A DNA stretch of 64,000 nt from Botryllus schlosseri (Eukaryota), in NCBI GenBank assembly GCA_051294905.1, contig CM119385.1:14632001-14696000 (forward strand), read 5' to 3'. Within the stretch, counting starts at the first letter, position 1; every line of letters starts with the position of its first letter. Under the pieces are notes generated by a model. The model saw only the letters and a list, made by a program, of their open reading frames with translations. It was not told the DNA's origin and did not search any database. Of the stretch, positions 27,701-40,460 are shown piece by piece. Both the position numbers and the translations under genes were made by a program.

Positions 27701-28674
27701 TTGTAAAAATGTGTTAATGAAGCATCCATGCTGATTCACACCTTATGTAACAGAAACTCCGAAAGCGATATCACCAATCGTTTGATTCGCCGGCTGTGAC
27801 GTGGATCTTGCATAACAAAATATTTCAACTCACAATAGTCAAATTAAGGGGTTTTCGATACGAGATGAATTTCAAAATTCATGTTTGTGGCATGGCTGAT
27901 TGAAGAGGAATGTGACCAAACGCAAAATACATCTTGAATAAACAAATCTAAACTATGCGATTTTGTTCTGTCCTGATGTCCTAGAACATGGAGCCTAGTA
28001 TGTATGGTGGCGATATGAATTCAGTGGGCAAGGTAAGGCCCATGAAAATGAACAATAATCTCCAAAATTCAATTTGACTACGTGACTCAATGTCGACATT
28101 TTTTCCCCGAAATATCTGCAATTTTAGTGAAGTAAATCAGATTTTAAGTGCCACTTATGGACATGGATTGGAAATGAATAAAAGTAAAATTGGAAAAAAT
28201 GTCCAACGGGAGAGAAACGTATTTCTTTTTAATTTCCAAAAAAGAATTCAATTATATCCGCTTGGCTTGTTTATGATACCACTGCGGCATAAAACAAATG
28301 AAAATCGTGAAATGGCAGAGTTTATAATTATATTTCATCGTTTCACTGAGACCTAATACAAATACGGCGGTTTTATTTCAAGCATGTACCGTGAAGTTCT
28401 TCCGCACACCTCCTATACCAAACGGATGTACCATGTCCATGCGGCCATAACAACTCAACAAGGCATGATATTTTCATGGTGGATTCTGATTACTAAGCGC
28501 GGAATACACCTCATAATATCTGGGAATCCATTGAATTTTACGTAAAAATAACTTTGGCAATGCGCCGGAAGTAAGCTGAAAAGTCCAAAGTCCAAAGGAA
28601 TACCCTTTGACACTTTGAATATTTATGATTTTGAAACACGGCGTTACATCCGAGCAATTATCTGTGGTCGTGAC

Positions 28675-28954
28675 CAGGCATGTGGAGTCGGGATCGCTTC
28701 ATCAAGTTTTCTCTTGATGGAGTGGAAGTCCGTTAAAATGCTTTGACTCTGAATCCAATTGTTTTTAAAATCGAACCAAATGCTCTCCAATGTTACCAAA
28801 AACTGCAGTTACAGTTACATGAGTTATTAAGTTTATCACGTATATCACGGACTTTCACACATTAATTTCTTGCCGGAACTGCAGTCGGGTGCGTTTAAAG
28901 GTTCAGGAGTCGGAGTTAGAGTCGGTGGTAAAGGGAACCGACTCCACAGTCCTG
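28675..28954. mobile_element. hAT-type MITE with GGAGTCGG motifs
   Basis: CAGGCATGTGGAGTCGG / CCGACTCCACAGTCCTG; TSD GTCGTGAC / GTCGTTAC (7/8). Confidence 0.82.
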
Positions 28955-29775
28955 GTCGTTACCTTGTAATGCAAGCATTGGTAATGTGCCAGATAGCCCA
29001 CTCACTGCATAGTATAACGGTCGCTGGACCAGAATTATGTCCATATGCCGATCAATAACAAATACCTGCGGAATTTGCTAGCGATCATCCGCAAAACCAA
29101 TTTGAATCTCCAACAAAGGAGTGCTGTGAATGGAATCGGTGAAATTGTCAATATAGACATAGCAATGATGCATACAAATAATCTGCATCGGGCGGTCGTA
29201 TTTTCCAGGAATTCCGCCATGCAAAGCGTATAACAGGCTTTGTTAACATATAAATGAATATTTATTCATTCATCCTTTATATACCACTAAAGACTCATTC
29301 GAGATCGCAGATAATATTGCAATAAAACGCGAATGCAATGGGAATATGATCCATCATGGCCATGGATCCATGAACCCCATGGGGATCCGGGGACTGGTTT
29401 TAAGGGGTCCACGAAGGGTAAATATTGAAACTTCGATTATTTACTGTAAAACTTACAAAATTGTCCTCATATATAAGATCTGTCCATATTTTAGACATGA
29501 TATGAAGCACTGGCAAAAATGCTTTGAACTAAAGAGGGCCGTGCTACTAGTCGGCAAATTAGGAATCATACAAAAGCATATCGGCATAGTGTAAAACACC
29601 AAAATTGACAAAGCACAATGAATATTAGCAAAAACAACAAAAATAACTGAAAGGTTCGGGTTCGTGCAAACACGAACTTTTGTAACAAGTTCGGTCTGAA
29701 CGCGAAAGTCTAACGTCCACTGACGTCACAATGGTAATAAATATTTCCAGACGGTATAAATGTGTACATGTACAA

Positions 29776-30202
29776 CAGAGATGAGCATGGATTAGGATTA
29801 GGTTTTGAAAAAACAGGATTTGTGAAATTTTGTCGGATTTGGATTGGATTTGGATTAGACATTTTTATCAGAACGGATTAGGATTTGGATTGGATTAAAC
29901 TATTTTCTGGGAGATTGAAATGTCGTGTGGCGAATGGCGACAAACTTTATTCAGATCAGTTATTAATGTACTTATGGTTACTAAGTTATCTTGAATCAAG
30001 TGAATCGTTGATTGTGAAAGAAAATTTTCGAATCCCTCCATTGCATAAATTAATATTTTTTCTGAATTTCCAGTTGGAATCGGATTAGGATTGGACATGG
30101 ACTTGAATATGAAAAAGTTATGGATTAGGATTTGGATTTGGATTTGAAGGTTCGGATTTGGATTGGATTAGGACATAGAAATTTCAAATCCGCTCATCTC
30201 TG
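29776..30202. mobile_element. hAT-type MITE with GGATTAGGATTTGGATT arrays
   Basis: TIR CAGAGATGAGC / GCTCATCTCTG; exact TSD ATGTACAA at 29768-29775 and 30203-30210. Confidence 0.9.
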
Positions 30203-30619
30203 ATGTACAATACTTGAATAACACAAAGTTTTCTAACGCGCAATAACATAACATGTCATTGGTGCGTTCGAAAATGTGATGACGTCACAACTATACTTGG
30301 TCCTAAATATAGGACATTTGAGATTCGTTATCTCCCCGACTGCATCTCCGCAAATGCATATCCCCATATGGCCAGTTAGATTGACAGATACCGGAGTATT
30401 AATTGCGCGTGAGGAATTTAGCACGAATATACGATTAGACGGTTTTTGGTATTTAAAAAATATTTCAAAACGAATAGTGTGTGATTTTTCAAGCAAAGTT
30501 CTTGAAAATCAGTATGACTTTGAGCACTACAAGGTTTGTCCGAATTTAAGTTCAATTGCCATTCTTGCTGCTACAGTAATGCAGTGAATGATTGTAAGTT
30601 TATATGTAAGGAATGCTGA

Positions 30620-30995
30620 CAAGACTTGTAGATACTACTTGATTTTCAAAATGCACAACTAGAACTAAAACTACTCCCTTTTCAAAACTCACAACTACAA
30701 CTAGAACTAGAATTAACGAACCAATCTGCAACTAACTAAAACACAACTAACTAGATTTAATCCGCAGCAATCGCTAATTGCCAGCACTGATAATACGGAT
30801 TACTGACTTGCAAATGAGATAAGAAATATTAGATATAGAATTATCATTTCAAAAGGACGGCGGGTTTTCGATATTTACATAATATGGGATTCGACTCAAT
30901 AAACCCGACAACTAGAACTAGAACCAGAACTACTCAAAAAATCTGTAGTTAGTTGACCGTTAACTTACTAGATTGGGATAGTTTGTACAAGCCTG
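30620..30995. mobile_element. MITE with AACTAGAACT arrays
   Basis: CAAGACTTGTA / TACAAGCCTG ends and repeated ACTAGAACT; TSD unclear. Confidence 0.6.
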
Positions 30996-32631
30996 TGCCG
31001 ATTGTTATGATTTCTGAGAAATCGTGTTATTTCATAAAAAGAAGTTTCGCGGTGTAGAACCTACCAAGATACGTTTGCGAACGTGAACTTCTAAATTATT
31101 GCGGTTTGCATACCGAATACGACCTGGAACGTCCATTCTATCTGCAGTGCATGGGTACGACATGACTGCGAAAAAATCAAACCTTGAAGGCTTTGAGAGC
31201 ATTTCAATAGTCGACACGGGGGTGAAAGGTCGGGGAATAATTTAAGAATTGAAGATAGTAAGCATACGTTTACCCTAGAAAGAATTTTCACCGATAGAAA
31301 AGCCATTATTGCTAGTTTATCAAATTGGCTAAAAAGATCAACAATCATCAACCATTCACTACACTGCTACCTTCAAAATCCGTCGAGTCGTTCAGTGTGG
31401 GTTCTAATTAAATCACCAACTTCCGAAATAACGCGCATGACATACTGTTATTCTAAAACGATCGTCCATTATATTATTGCTTGAATATCTTATCTGCAAT
31501 CTGACTTATATATAGTCCGAGATGGATTCAGAGATGTGTGATGCGCAGAAAATTAACTGAGCGGAGTCCCAGCTATATTGTTTCAACAAAATACTTCCGT
31601 AGTCAGAATTTCTTGACTGTAATGATATTATAATGTCAAGGTCGTTATTATTACAAACATTGTTTACACGACTATGTATTGCATGTATTTAACATAAGTT
31701 ATACATTATGATTAATTGCTATTATTACAGTTATATTCACTTCCTCCGGCCATTGCCGACAATCGGTACCAGAAAATTTCACGAAATATCAAACGGTAAG
31801 CGCTCTAAAAAGATTAAGAAACACTGATCTTCCGCCCAGATTGATATCAGTCGGTCTAAGTCGACTTCAAGACATGCATCAAACGATACGGGCTGGGACT
31901 GGCCCGTAAAGAAATGGTTATCGCTAAGCCGTCGTGATAATTGCATGCGAATGGGGAACGAACAGGGCAGAATGGAAGTAGGACTGATAACGGAAAAGTC
32001 GTGAACTTCATTTTCGATTGACAAGGTGCTGCGGTACCATCGTTGTATTTCACACGTGATTTTCGGCATACGCTGCCGCCATTCGTTAAAGAATAGTGAT
32101 TATATAAAACAGCTCAGTTGCAAGGTGAAAAAGATTGCAAGAAAAATTGTTATAAATTGGAATGATTTTTATTCGGGATCTGGTTTCAAGCACACAATTT
32201 TATTACTCTTCGTCACCATCCAGGCCAAGCTTTCAGCGGCTACACCAATAATTTTAATTCGGGCGTATTTTCCTCCTTGTTCGGGTCAGTTCTGTCATCC
32301 ATTTGGACTATACATAAGTGATCTACATCAGTGGTTCTCAACCGCCAGTCCGCGACGACTTTCCTGCCGGTCCGCCAGGAATATTACAATATTACACTTT
32401 AATTTAAAGATGCAATATATTGAAGGCTTGTCCATTGATAAAAAAAACATCACATTTCATAATGATTGAGAACTTCGTGAAGTGAAATTAGGTATGGAAA
32501 CATATTCGATTTGACTTGAAGTTCAGACGTGTCATTTGAAGACAAGCGAACGACAAGAAAGCCTATACCAGCTGACTCGCTTAACCGCGCCGTTTGCGCG
32601 CTTCATTCGATTTCAATTCACTCATTTTGTG

Positions 32632-33830
32632 CAGGACCGTAACTGCGGTACCCGAACCCCTCAATTGGAGACGGGCTGAGCTCGAAGGGAGTCCAAAATT
32701 ATTTCGCAAATGAGCATAAATTATGGAGTATTTTTTAAAACTTTATTCGATGGATTTTTCAATTTTTTACCACTCTTCGCGCGTTTAGTGTCACTGACTG
32801 TCTTGCTTATTGGCTGCCCTTATCTAAGAAATACACATACTGAAATAGGCATTTCTTCGACAGCCATTACAGCGCTATGACGCACCAACACATACTGAAG
32901 TTCAGGCTTAAATGGGACTTCAAAAGGTGTGCCAAAATAATTCGGCAGCGAGAAAACCTGGGCCGAAAAGGACTTCCATTTGCTGATCGAAAACTTCGAT
33001 ATATAAATATATGTCTAATTGTCCATAGGCGCCGAAATGGCTGGCGCCGAATCTCGCTGTCCTGGCAATCTGTAACCCACAGGACAAATGCCATCCCACA
33101 GGGGGAAATCATTTGCCAGTGAGAAATACCAATTCGTAATCTTGCCCGGCTTTTAGTTCAGTATGCTTGGGTGATTTCAATATCTATTCATGGGTTGTAA
33201 CCAAGTCACAAGGCTCTGATTCACAAGACAATATAATTTTGACTCGAGTCATTTTCAATTCACCACCGAGTCAAGTCCAAGTCCCAGAATAGAGTGTCGA
33301 GTCCGAGTCATAGTGTTTTGACTCGAGATCGAGTCCAAGTCATTGTGTTGACTGTTGACTGTTCATTTCCGAGTTAATGTCATGTGATACCCACTTATTA
33401 CAACACTGCTTGGTGATATCGAATGCTTCGCATATAATATATTAATTTTTCTCACTTTTAACAGTTTCTGGTAGCATTTCAAGTACCAGTACTATAAGAC
33501 GAAATAATAATAGTGTGATAAATTGAATATTCTTCGAAATGACAATGAAATGCCTGTTTTAGTAGACGTAGTCTCGAGTCATATGACTTGGTCTCAGCTA
33601 TGCGCAATGACTCGAGTACAAGTCGAGTCAATACACAAATTGACTCGAGTCGAGTCGTGTCATTTTTTATTTTTAAGAAAATGACTCGAGTCAAGTCGAG
33701 CCTCCAGAAAATCGCGACTCGCGACTCGAGTCATTACAACCCTGATCTATTCAATACAATAGTTCACGAAATAATGACATGCAAGGAAGTAATTACTCTA
33801 AGAGGCTCATTCGAATATGTTTAATTACGA
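32632..33830 (-). mobile_element. Interspersed DNA-transposon-like repeat (CAGGACCGTAAC end), interrupted by the 33190-33744 MITE
   Basis: Its reverse complement aligns by eye with about 12650-13269 on both sides of the nested MITE. The inner boundary is approximate. Confidence 0.65.
33190..33744. mobile_element. hAT-type MITE rich in GACTCGAGTC motifs, nested
   Basis: Ends (AT)GGGTTGTAA / TTACAACCCTG; exact TSD ATCTATTC at 33182-33189 and 33745-33752; many GACTCGAGTC copies. Confidence 0.8.
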
Positions 33831-34291
33831 AGTACGTGCCCTAAATTCTCTGCGATAACACCGCACTCCCTTTTACCGAGAAAATCTGATAATTCTGAGA
33901 GGATAGAAAATTTAAAGCAATATATATGCAATTAACAATATTATTGACTGATTCAGTGATGAATTATAGAAAATTTTCGCGCTTGCCGCGATTTACATAA
34001 ACTCACTTCCTACACTGAGTAAAATGAATGTGCTCACAAGTACTGGTAAAACATCGATCCCGGTCGCCCTACAAAAGTTTCAGAAGTTTGGCATATCACC
34101 CTGTGGGGTCCAAGACAAAACTTTTTTGGGGGGTGGGCTGACGAAGTGATTTTTGACCCTGATTTTGTGAATGGCCGGTATAGCTGTTGTCAGGTGTTTT
34201 TGTTCGGCGCATTGTATACATAGTAGTCAGCTTAGCAGAAATAGGCATTTCTTCGTCTTCGTCCCCTGGATGTCATCATGAACAGAATTAT

Positions 34292-35011
34292 CAACAGGAA
34301 GTTAGGATTCAGAAAATAATGGCGAACGCCAACATAGACTATTGGACTGCAAGGAATACGTTGCAAAACGAAATTAGTGATCAGGTAGTGCCACCTCTCA
34401 GTGAATTCCCACCATTGCCGAAACCGAACGCTACTTCGTATAGAATTGCGGATATTACTCCCGACGTGTCGAATAAAAACGCCGTACCAGGCCTACCAGG
34501 CCAAAACCAGTATCGCCGAAACGTATCTCAGCAACAGAGCTCAGTAGTGCAGAAGAGAGGGGATCATATCACGATCCCAATATCTGGTTTCTTTAATTTC
34601 ATTGCCGAAGTCATGAAAAACACGCTAACAAGCTTTATAGAAAAACAAAGCATCGACATTGAAGCAATCATAGAAAAATCAGCGGGCGAAAATCTTGGTA
34701 TCCCGGTGACAAAAAATCACGCATTCAGTCAGAGTAACGGAAACCAAGTTGACCAACTCAATGCCATGATGACGACTCCTGAAGTCGATATTGGAGGTGC
34801 GATCGATCTAACATTTAGTGGAGGAAATGAGGTGGATAAGTTAGAGTGCCTAGAGTCACATAACAGTCAACAAACGAGCCAACCAACAATCGAAAATATG
34901 CCCAACTACAGCATCACGAATATGACTGAGGGTGGGGGTCCACCCCTCGCGAAAGACGTACAAGAGGTCCAGAAAAAGTCGGGGAAGAACAAAGGACGTT
35001 CTTCACAATAA
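34292..35011 (+). CDS. LINE ORF1 (gag-like) C-terminal part, 5'-truncated
   Basis: QQEVRIQKIMANANIDYWTARNTL resembles the segment that follows the zinc knuckle in I-group ORF1 proteins (my recall of the family pattern E-x2-IQ-x-I...Y-x2-AR). A P/S/Q-rich tail follows. The tracked start at 34187 lies in flanking DNA outside the TSD. Confidence 0.75.
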   Translation, partial: QQEVRIQKIMANANIDYWTARNTLQNEISDQVVPPLSEFPPLPKPNATSYRIADITPDVSNKNAVPGLPGQNQYRRNVSQQQSSVVQKRGDHITIPISGFFNFIAEVMKNTLTSFIEKQSIDIEAIIEKSAGENLGIPVTKNHAFSQSNGNQVDQLNAMMTTPEVDIGGAIDLTFSGGNEVDKLECLESHNSQQTSQPTIENMPNYSITNMTEGGGPPLAKDVQEVQKKSGKNKGRSSQ

Positions 35012-38000
35012 TGCAATGGAATTGCCGCGGCATATATAGAAAGATCAATGAGCTGAAACATTTTTTAGAAGGCTTAGCGGAAGAGCCACAGATTATAGCA
35101 CTTCAAGAGTCACACTTGGTGTCCCGTTACAAGCCGAAAATCCGTGGATATAAGCTTATTCGAAAAGACCGAGATATCCATGGGGGTGGGGTCTGCTTAT
35201 TTATCAAGGAAATGTTACAGTACGAAGAAATCGAACTGACCGGATCGGACCCGATAGAAGCACAGCTTATCAAGGTTGAAGGGATCAACATCATGAACCT
35301 GTACGCTCCACCAAATCGATTACTTTCTAAGACCACTCTAGAAGCATGCTTCAACTCCCTGTATTCGAAATCAATTATTGTAGGCGATTTTAATGCGCAC
35401 CATCCATTATGGGGTAGCAGCAGTACAAACAGATATGGGCGGAACCTGTACGAAGTGATAGACGGCAATGATTTTGTGATTACCAACGTCACGGCAGGCA
35501 CTCGCATCAACATCGCGTCGGATTCTGGTGTCACATCTCTATTAGACCTATGCATTGCATCAAAAGATATCGCACTCAAAATAGAAACCACGGTCACAGA
35601 TCACTTACTTGGTAGCGATCACTTCGTCATATTTAACGCGATCAATATCCCAATCGCTATACCAGAAAATCACTTTCGGTCTTGGTCATTCCACAAAGCA
35701 GATTGGGACAGGTATAGGCGAATTGCTGAACACGAATTATTGTCTGGACTTCAAAAGGGTGATAATACCATTGAACATGCTTCCCAAGCAATCATACAAG
35801 CGGCAAGAACATGCATTCCTGTATCAAAACCTCACAGAAAGAGCTGTGTTCCTTGGTGGAACGAATCCTGCTCCAGAGCAGTTCGTCGTAAACGAGCGGC
35901 GTTTTTGAAAATGAAGCTATCCTTTCATATCGATTCAGTGGTTGCGTTCAAGAAGCAACGCGCAGAAACAAGGAAAACAATTCAAGCTGCCAAAAAATCA
36001 CACTGGGAAAATTTCTGCCTATCACTGAATAGCAATTCTAAATTAACGAAGGTTTGGCGAACAGTACGATCGATGATGGGAACCCGTACATGGAACGTCA
36101 TAAATAGTCTCAAGTCCCAAGGCATTAAATTAACAGACAACACTGATAAAGCAAACGCGCTTGCTGGACAATTTGCGTCGGTTAGTAGCGACCAAAATCT
36201 CGATCCGCAGTTTAAGGTCAGACGACAAGAGTTCATAAACGAATACATCATACCAATTATGCAAACAGAAAATCCAGCAGACGACGGTATTAATGAGCCT
36301 TTCACCATGAATGAGCTGGAAAGGGCATTAAGTCGAGGGAAAAGTACATCTCCAGGACCCGATGAAATTTGCTATCAGATGATAAGAAATCTTAACCGAC
36401 GTAGCCGAAATTATCTGCTGTCAATCTTCAATAGATATTGGAAAGATGGGCAGTGCCCGGATCACTGGCGGCACGCGATAATCATTCCATTGCTAAAAGA
36501 GGGCAAAGTCACGTCCGACCCAGCGTCATATCGACCCATATCGTTAACGAACACCACGTGCAAAGTAATGGAGAGAATGATAGCGAATCGTCTGAATTGG
36601 TTTCTGGAGAGCAAAGGTCTGATAACTCCCGTGCAAAGTGGTTTCCGGGCTCGAAGATCGACAACAGACTGCATAATGGCTCTCCATGATGAAATATACG
36701 AAGGAATTTGGAACAAACGCTCAACAATAGCAGTATTTCTTGATTTTCAGAAAGCGTATGACTTGGTATGGCGAGAAGGTGTGATCTACAAGCTTCACAA
36801 GCTTGGAATATCCGGCAACATCTTGAAATGGATATATTCATTTATCAGCAATCGCACTTTCCAAGTACGCGTAGGACAGAGTCTATCTAATACCTACATT
36901 CTAGAAAATGGCACTCCCCAGGGTAGTGTGTTAAGTCCGACTTTGTTTAGCGTAATGATTAATGATCTCCCCACAGCAGTCAACAGCACAATGAATCTAT
37001 TTGCGGACGATGCATGTATATGGGAAACAGGACTCAACATTACAGCATCGGCGAAAAATATCCAAAAATCCTTGGATGAAGTGCTAAAGTGGACAACGAA
37101 ATGGGGACTTCGTGTCAATGTGAAAAAATCAGGTGCAGTCATATTCTCCAAGCGTAGGAAACTACCGCAAGTGAACCTTCAGATAGGAGGTACACCACTC
37201 TCAATAAATAAGCAACATAAATATCTTGGAATCAAATTTGATTCGCGCCTATCGTACCGACTCCACAAGGATGCGGTCGTGGACAAATGTACTAAAAGAT
37301 TGAACATTTTGAGGGTATTAAGCGGGACATCATGGGGTGCGAGCAAGCCTTGCCTTCTAGCTGTATATAGAGCACTAATTAGATCCGTCATTGAGTATGG
37401 CTGTGGAGCGTATTTATTTTCGCCACTCTACATCATACAAGCAATACAGAAAATTCAGAACACAGCTCTGAGAATATGTTGTGGAGCTATGATGAGCACG
37501 CCAGTCTACGCCCTGCAGCATTCCTGCGGGGAACCACCAATTCACATAAGACAACTTCAAGCGTGTTATAAGTATCGCAGTATGATTCTGGCAACTCCAA
37601 ACCACCCCTGCATATCATTAACTCGAGAATCTTGGCACGAATTTTTTCCCGACTCGCCTCAGTTTATGACGTTTCATATGAAAACCAGATCCGCTTCTAT
37701 TCAAAATATTATTTTACAGTCTAGGATACCGAGTGCATGGCCGCCCTGGGTGAATCAACAGCTTGTTGTCGATTTTAAATTGACGCTGATCACCTCCGGG
37801 GCACACCATCCTGAATACATACGTCAGGAATGCGAACGTTACATAGCGACACGTTATCGCACTTATACGAAAGTATACACCGACGGTTCGAAAACAAATA
37901 CGCACGGTGGTGCAGCATTTTGGGTCGACGAAGTTCAATATTCTCATTGGGCCTCACGTGACGCCAATCAATCAATATTTTCCTCGGAATTATACGCAAT

Positions 38001-38712
38001 TATGTTAAGTCTAAATTGGGCGAGCAGCGCATGTATGCCGTCCAAACGGTTGGCGATATTCTCCGACAGTAAAAGCGCATTGACGTCGATCAAAAACAAT
38101 GGCAATTCGAATAGTTTAATTGAAACTATTATCTTACTTTGCAGAGACTTGGCAACAAATGGAGTACAAGTCACGTTTACTTGGATTCCCGCTCACACAG
38201 GAATACGTGGCAATGAAAGGGCGGATAAACTCGCAAAACTGGCCGCTAGCACACCTGGACCCAACGACGAAAACGGAACGATTCTGTCACTTCCCGAAAT
38301 GAAGTCATAGACCAATGGATTATGTACTGAGAAGTGGATGTCGGAATTAAATGGCATCGATCGAGACTCTGCGTACCTTCGTATGCACGCACCGTTCTCA
38401 TGCATTACCCGTCCACGAAATTTGTCGCGGAGGGAATCAGCAATTATATTGCGACTGCAAACTGGACACTGTAAATTAAACTCACACCTCCAACGCATGG
38501 GTTGTCACGACAGTGGTCTCTGCGAAACGTGCAGCGTACCTGAAACTGTCGAACATTTTCTACTGACGTGTCCTCGATACGATCACCAGAGACAATATTT
38601 AAAAAACGTAGCCGAACGTAGCAGTGTGAGATTTACCTTGAAATGTCTGTTGACTGATCCGCACATGGTTATTGCGGTCGTAGAATTTGTAGTTTTGTGT
38701 AGACATATCTGA
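35011..38712 (+). CDS. LINE ORF2 polyprotein (AP endonuclease, reverse transcriptase, RNase H, CCHC finger) with one in-frame TAG at 38308-38310
   Basis: APE motifs: QWNCRG, LQESH, GDFNAHHPLWG, GSDH. RT motifs: PGPD, YRPISL, QSGFR, FLDFQKAYD, GTPQGSVLSP, FADD, YLG. RNase H motifs: YTDGS, SELYAI, FSDS, WIPAHTGIRGNERADKLAK. The 38338..38712 ORF is in the same frame and carries LRLQTGH and CETC..ETVEHFLLTC. Confidence 0.95.
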
Positions 38713-39897
38713 TTCAACTATGGCTCCCTCTCAGGCCTGGTGCACAAGACCTTAGTAGTCGAGCACCATAAAACCCCTTATACATACATGAACAGAATTA
38801 ATTACGAACCAAACCCCTCTAAATGTCACTCTAGCACCATATACTTGTCATAAAACAGTTGCACACTTTACATTTCGGGTTGATTTCAATTTTTGAAAGT
38901 ACACCGGTCCGCCAAATATTTTTTGAAATTTTACCGGTCCGCGAGGTGAAAAAGGTTGAGAACCACTGATCTACATCTTGATGGTGCACCACGCAGTGCT
39001 TTTCTCAAATCAGATTTTCGTTCATATGCCCAATCGGCATCCAAAATAAGCGAAGCATCATGAATGTCAAATATTTATAAAATGATGTATAAAATACTGC
39101 ATAAATGACATGTAGCATGAAATCGATGTCTTGGGCATTTGACAAAAGCATATGACTCGACATTTTTCGTAGCACAATTGACATACTGAAAACCAACTCA
39201 TTTTCTCAACAGAATTATCAAGCTCTACTGCATGACGTGAGCTGTAATTATGCATCAAAATATATAGACGAGGCAAGCCTGTTTAGGTTATCAAGGCGGC
39301 GATTATAAGCACTAACTTATAAATAATATCACCGCAAAACAGTTTTTAAATGCTACCTTATTTGTAAAGAGTTGGCGCCAATTTCATTGGCACAAAAGAC
39401 ACCGCGACTGACTCATGTAAGGTAATATAGGTGGTAATAATGAAAACCATGTCTGTATGGAAAAGTGTAATGTTATGAATATGAATCGAACTATAGACCA
39501 TAGTGCGTTGCCATATAGAATTCCGAATAAAATTTAATTGATGAATAATATTTTTCTGACGATATCATCGAAAGACCGACCAAATGATGCCGTGTTCGTT
39601 AGCAGGACCCCTCTATGAAAAATAAACATGTCTGCAGTGAACACTACCCGGTAATGTCTGACCAGTGACCAACGCAATCTGGCTCTCTAGCAGCTCATGG
39701 CGCGTCCTAATCTAGAAAAGTGGACTCCTACTTTTTCTCAGCTTTATACCTGTTTTAGCAGACCACTGTTGAATCTTTATGGACAAAGGACATGAAATAT
39801 ATTTTCCGCTGTAGTATTTATGTTTTTATTTCAATTCCCAGAATCATACTTTGAGTTCTGATTATCTCTTAAAATGTTCTCCTAATCCCCTAAAACG

Positions 39898-40059
39898 CTC
39901 GGTTCAGGAAGCTTTCAGAATTGCAGCAAAGATTTCTTGAAAGTATCCCAGCCAACCGTAAGTAAAGTATTGAGCGCATTTTGCGATTCAATGCTTTCGA
40001 TAGCTCCACATTTCATTTACATGCCAGCAAATAACATGGAAGTCGTTGCCGCAAAACTC
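39898..40059 (+). pseudogene. PIF/Harbinger (HARBI1-like) transposase fragment
   Basis: LGSGSFQNCSKDFLKVSQPTVSKVLSAFCDSMLSIAPHFIYMP matches the family pattern ATGSFQ...G(I/V)SQPTVSR...FI.FP. The downstream catalytic IDGTH motif is not present. Confidence 0.72.
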
Positions 40060-40460
40060 TGTATTAATGAAGTTTATAAAATTTTAAACTGGCTTGCAGA
40101 CAAGCATTTACGATTAGAAAGCGCCCTTACTGTTTCAATAGCTGCTAGGTAGCCGTGATGAAGACCATTATGGCATTGCCAATGGCGCAGGGTGATTGCC
40201 ATGTCATAATCGGGCTGCTATAAGGAACATTGAGGTCTCAAAAAGTCTTTGATTCGTTTCAAGCTCATAATTAATCAAGTCATAAATAAATCACCATTCC
40301 GCAAATTTCGAGCTCATTGTCTGGACTTCAGCTTGCACTTCAATATTATTTCCCAGAATTTGCCGTTTACAAATTTATATGTGTAGTCAAGTAATCACCG
40401 AATCCTACTCAGTTCATTGATGTACGAAACGAAGTGTTAAGTTTCCCATCTCCAGCTCAT

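Larger units (their letters stand above)
34291..38786 (+). mobile_element. 5'-truncated non-LTR retrotransposon, I group (I/Nimb-like; APE-RT-RNase H-CCHC)
   Basis: Perfect 14-bp TSD CATGAACAGAATTA at 34277-34290 and 38787-38800. It contains the ORF1 C-terminus, ORF2, a short 3'UTR with a hairpin, and a short TACA-repeat tail. Confidence 0.95.
32329..38968. mobile_element. Non-autonomous hAT-type element hosting nested insertions, including the LINE
   Basis: TIRs CAGTGGTTCTCAACC / GGTTGAGAACCACTG; exact 8-bp TSD ATCTACAT at 32321-32328 and 38969-38976. Confidence 0.88.

Noticed and set aside
32842-34255. 18-bp direct repeat GAAATAGGCATTTCTTCG as the TSD of a 1.4-kb retro-insertion
   Set aside because: The first copy is internal to the repeat family shared with 13020-13100, so it more likely reflects two related repeat fragments.
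34187-34290. N-terminal 35 codons of the tracked 274-aa ORF
   Set aside because: They lie outside or within the LINE TSD. This is chance read-in from flanking DNA with a TTG start.
35127-38498. Antisense and alternative-frame ORFs over the LINE
   Set aside because: They are shadows of the long ORF2 and have no domains of their own.
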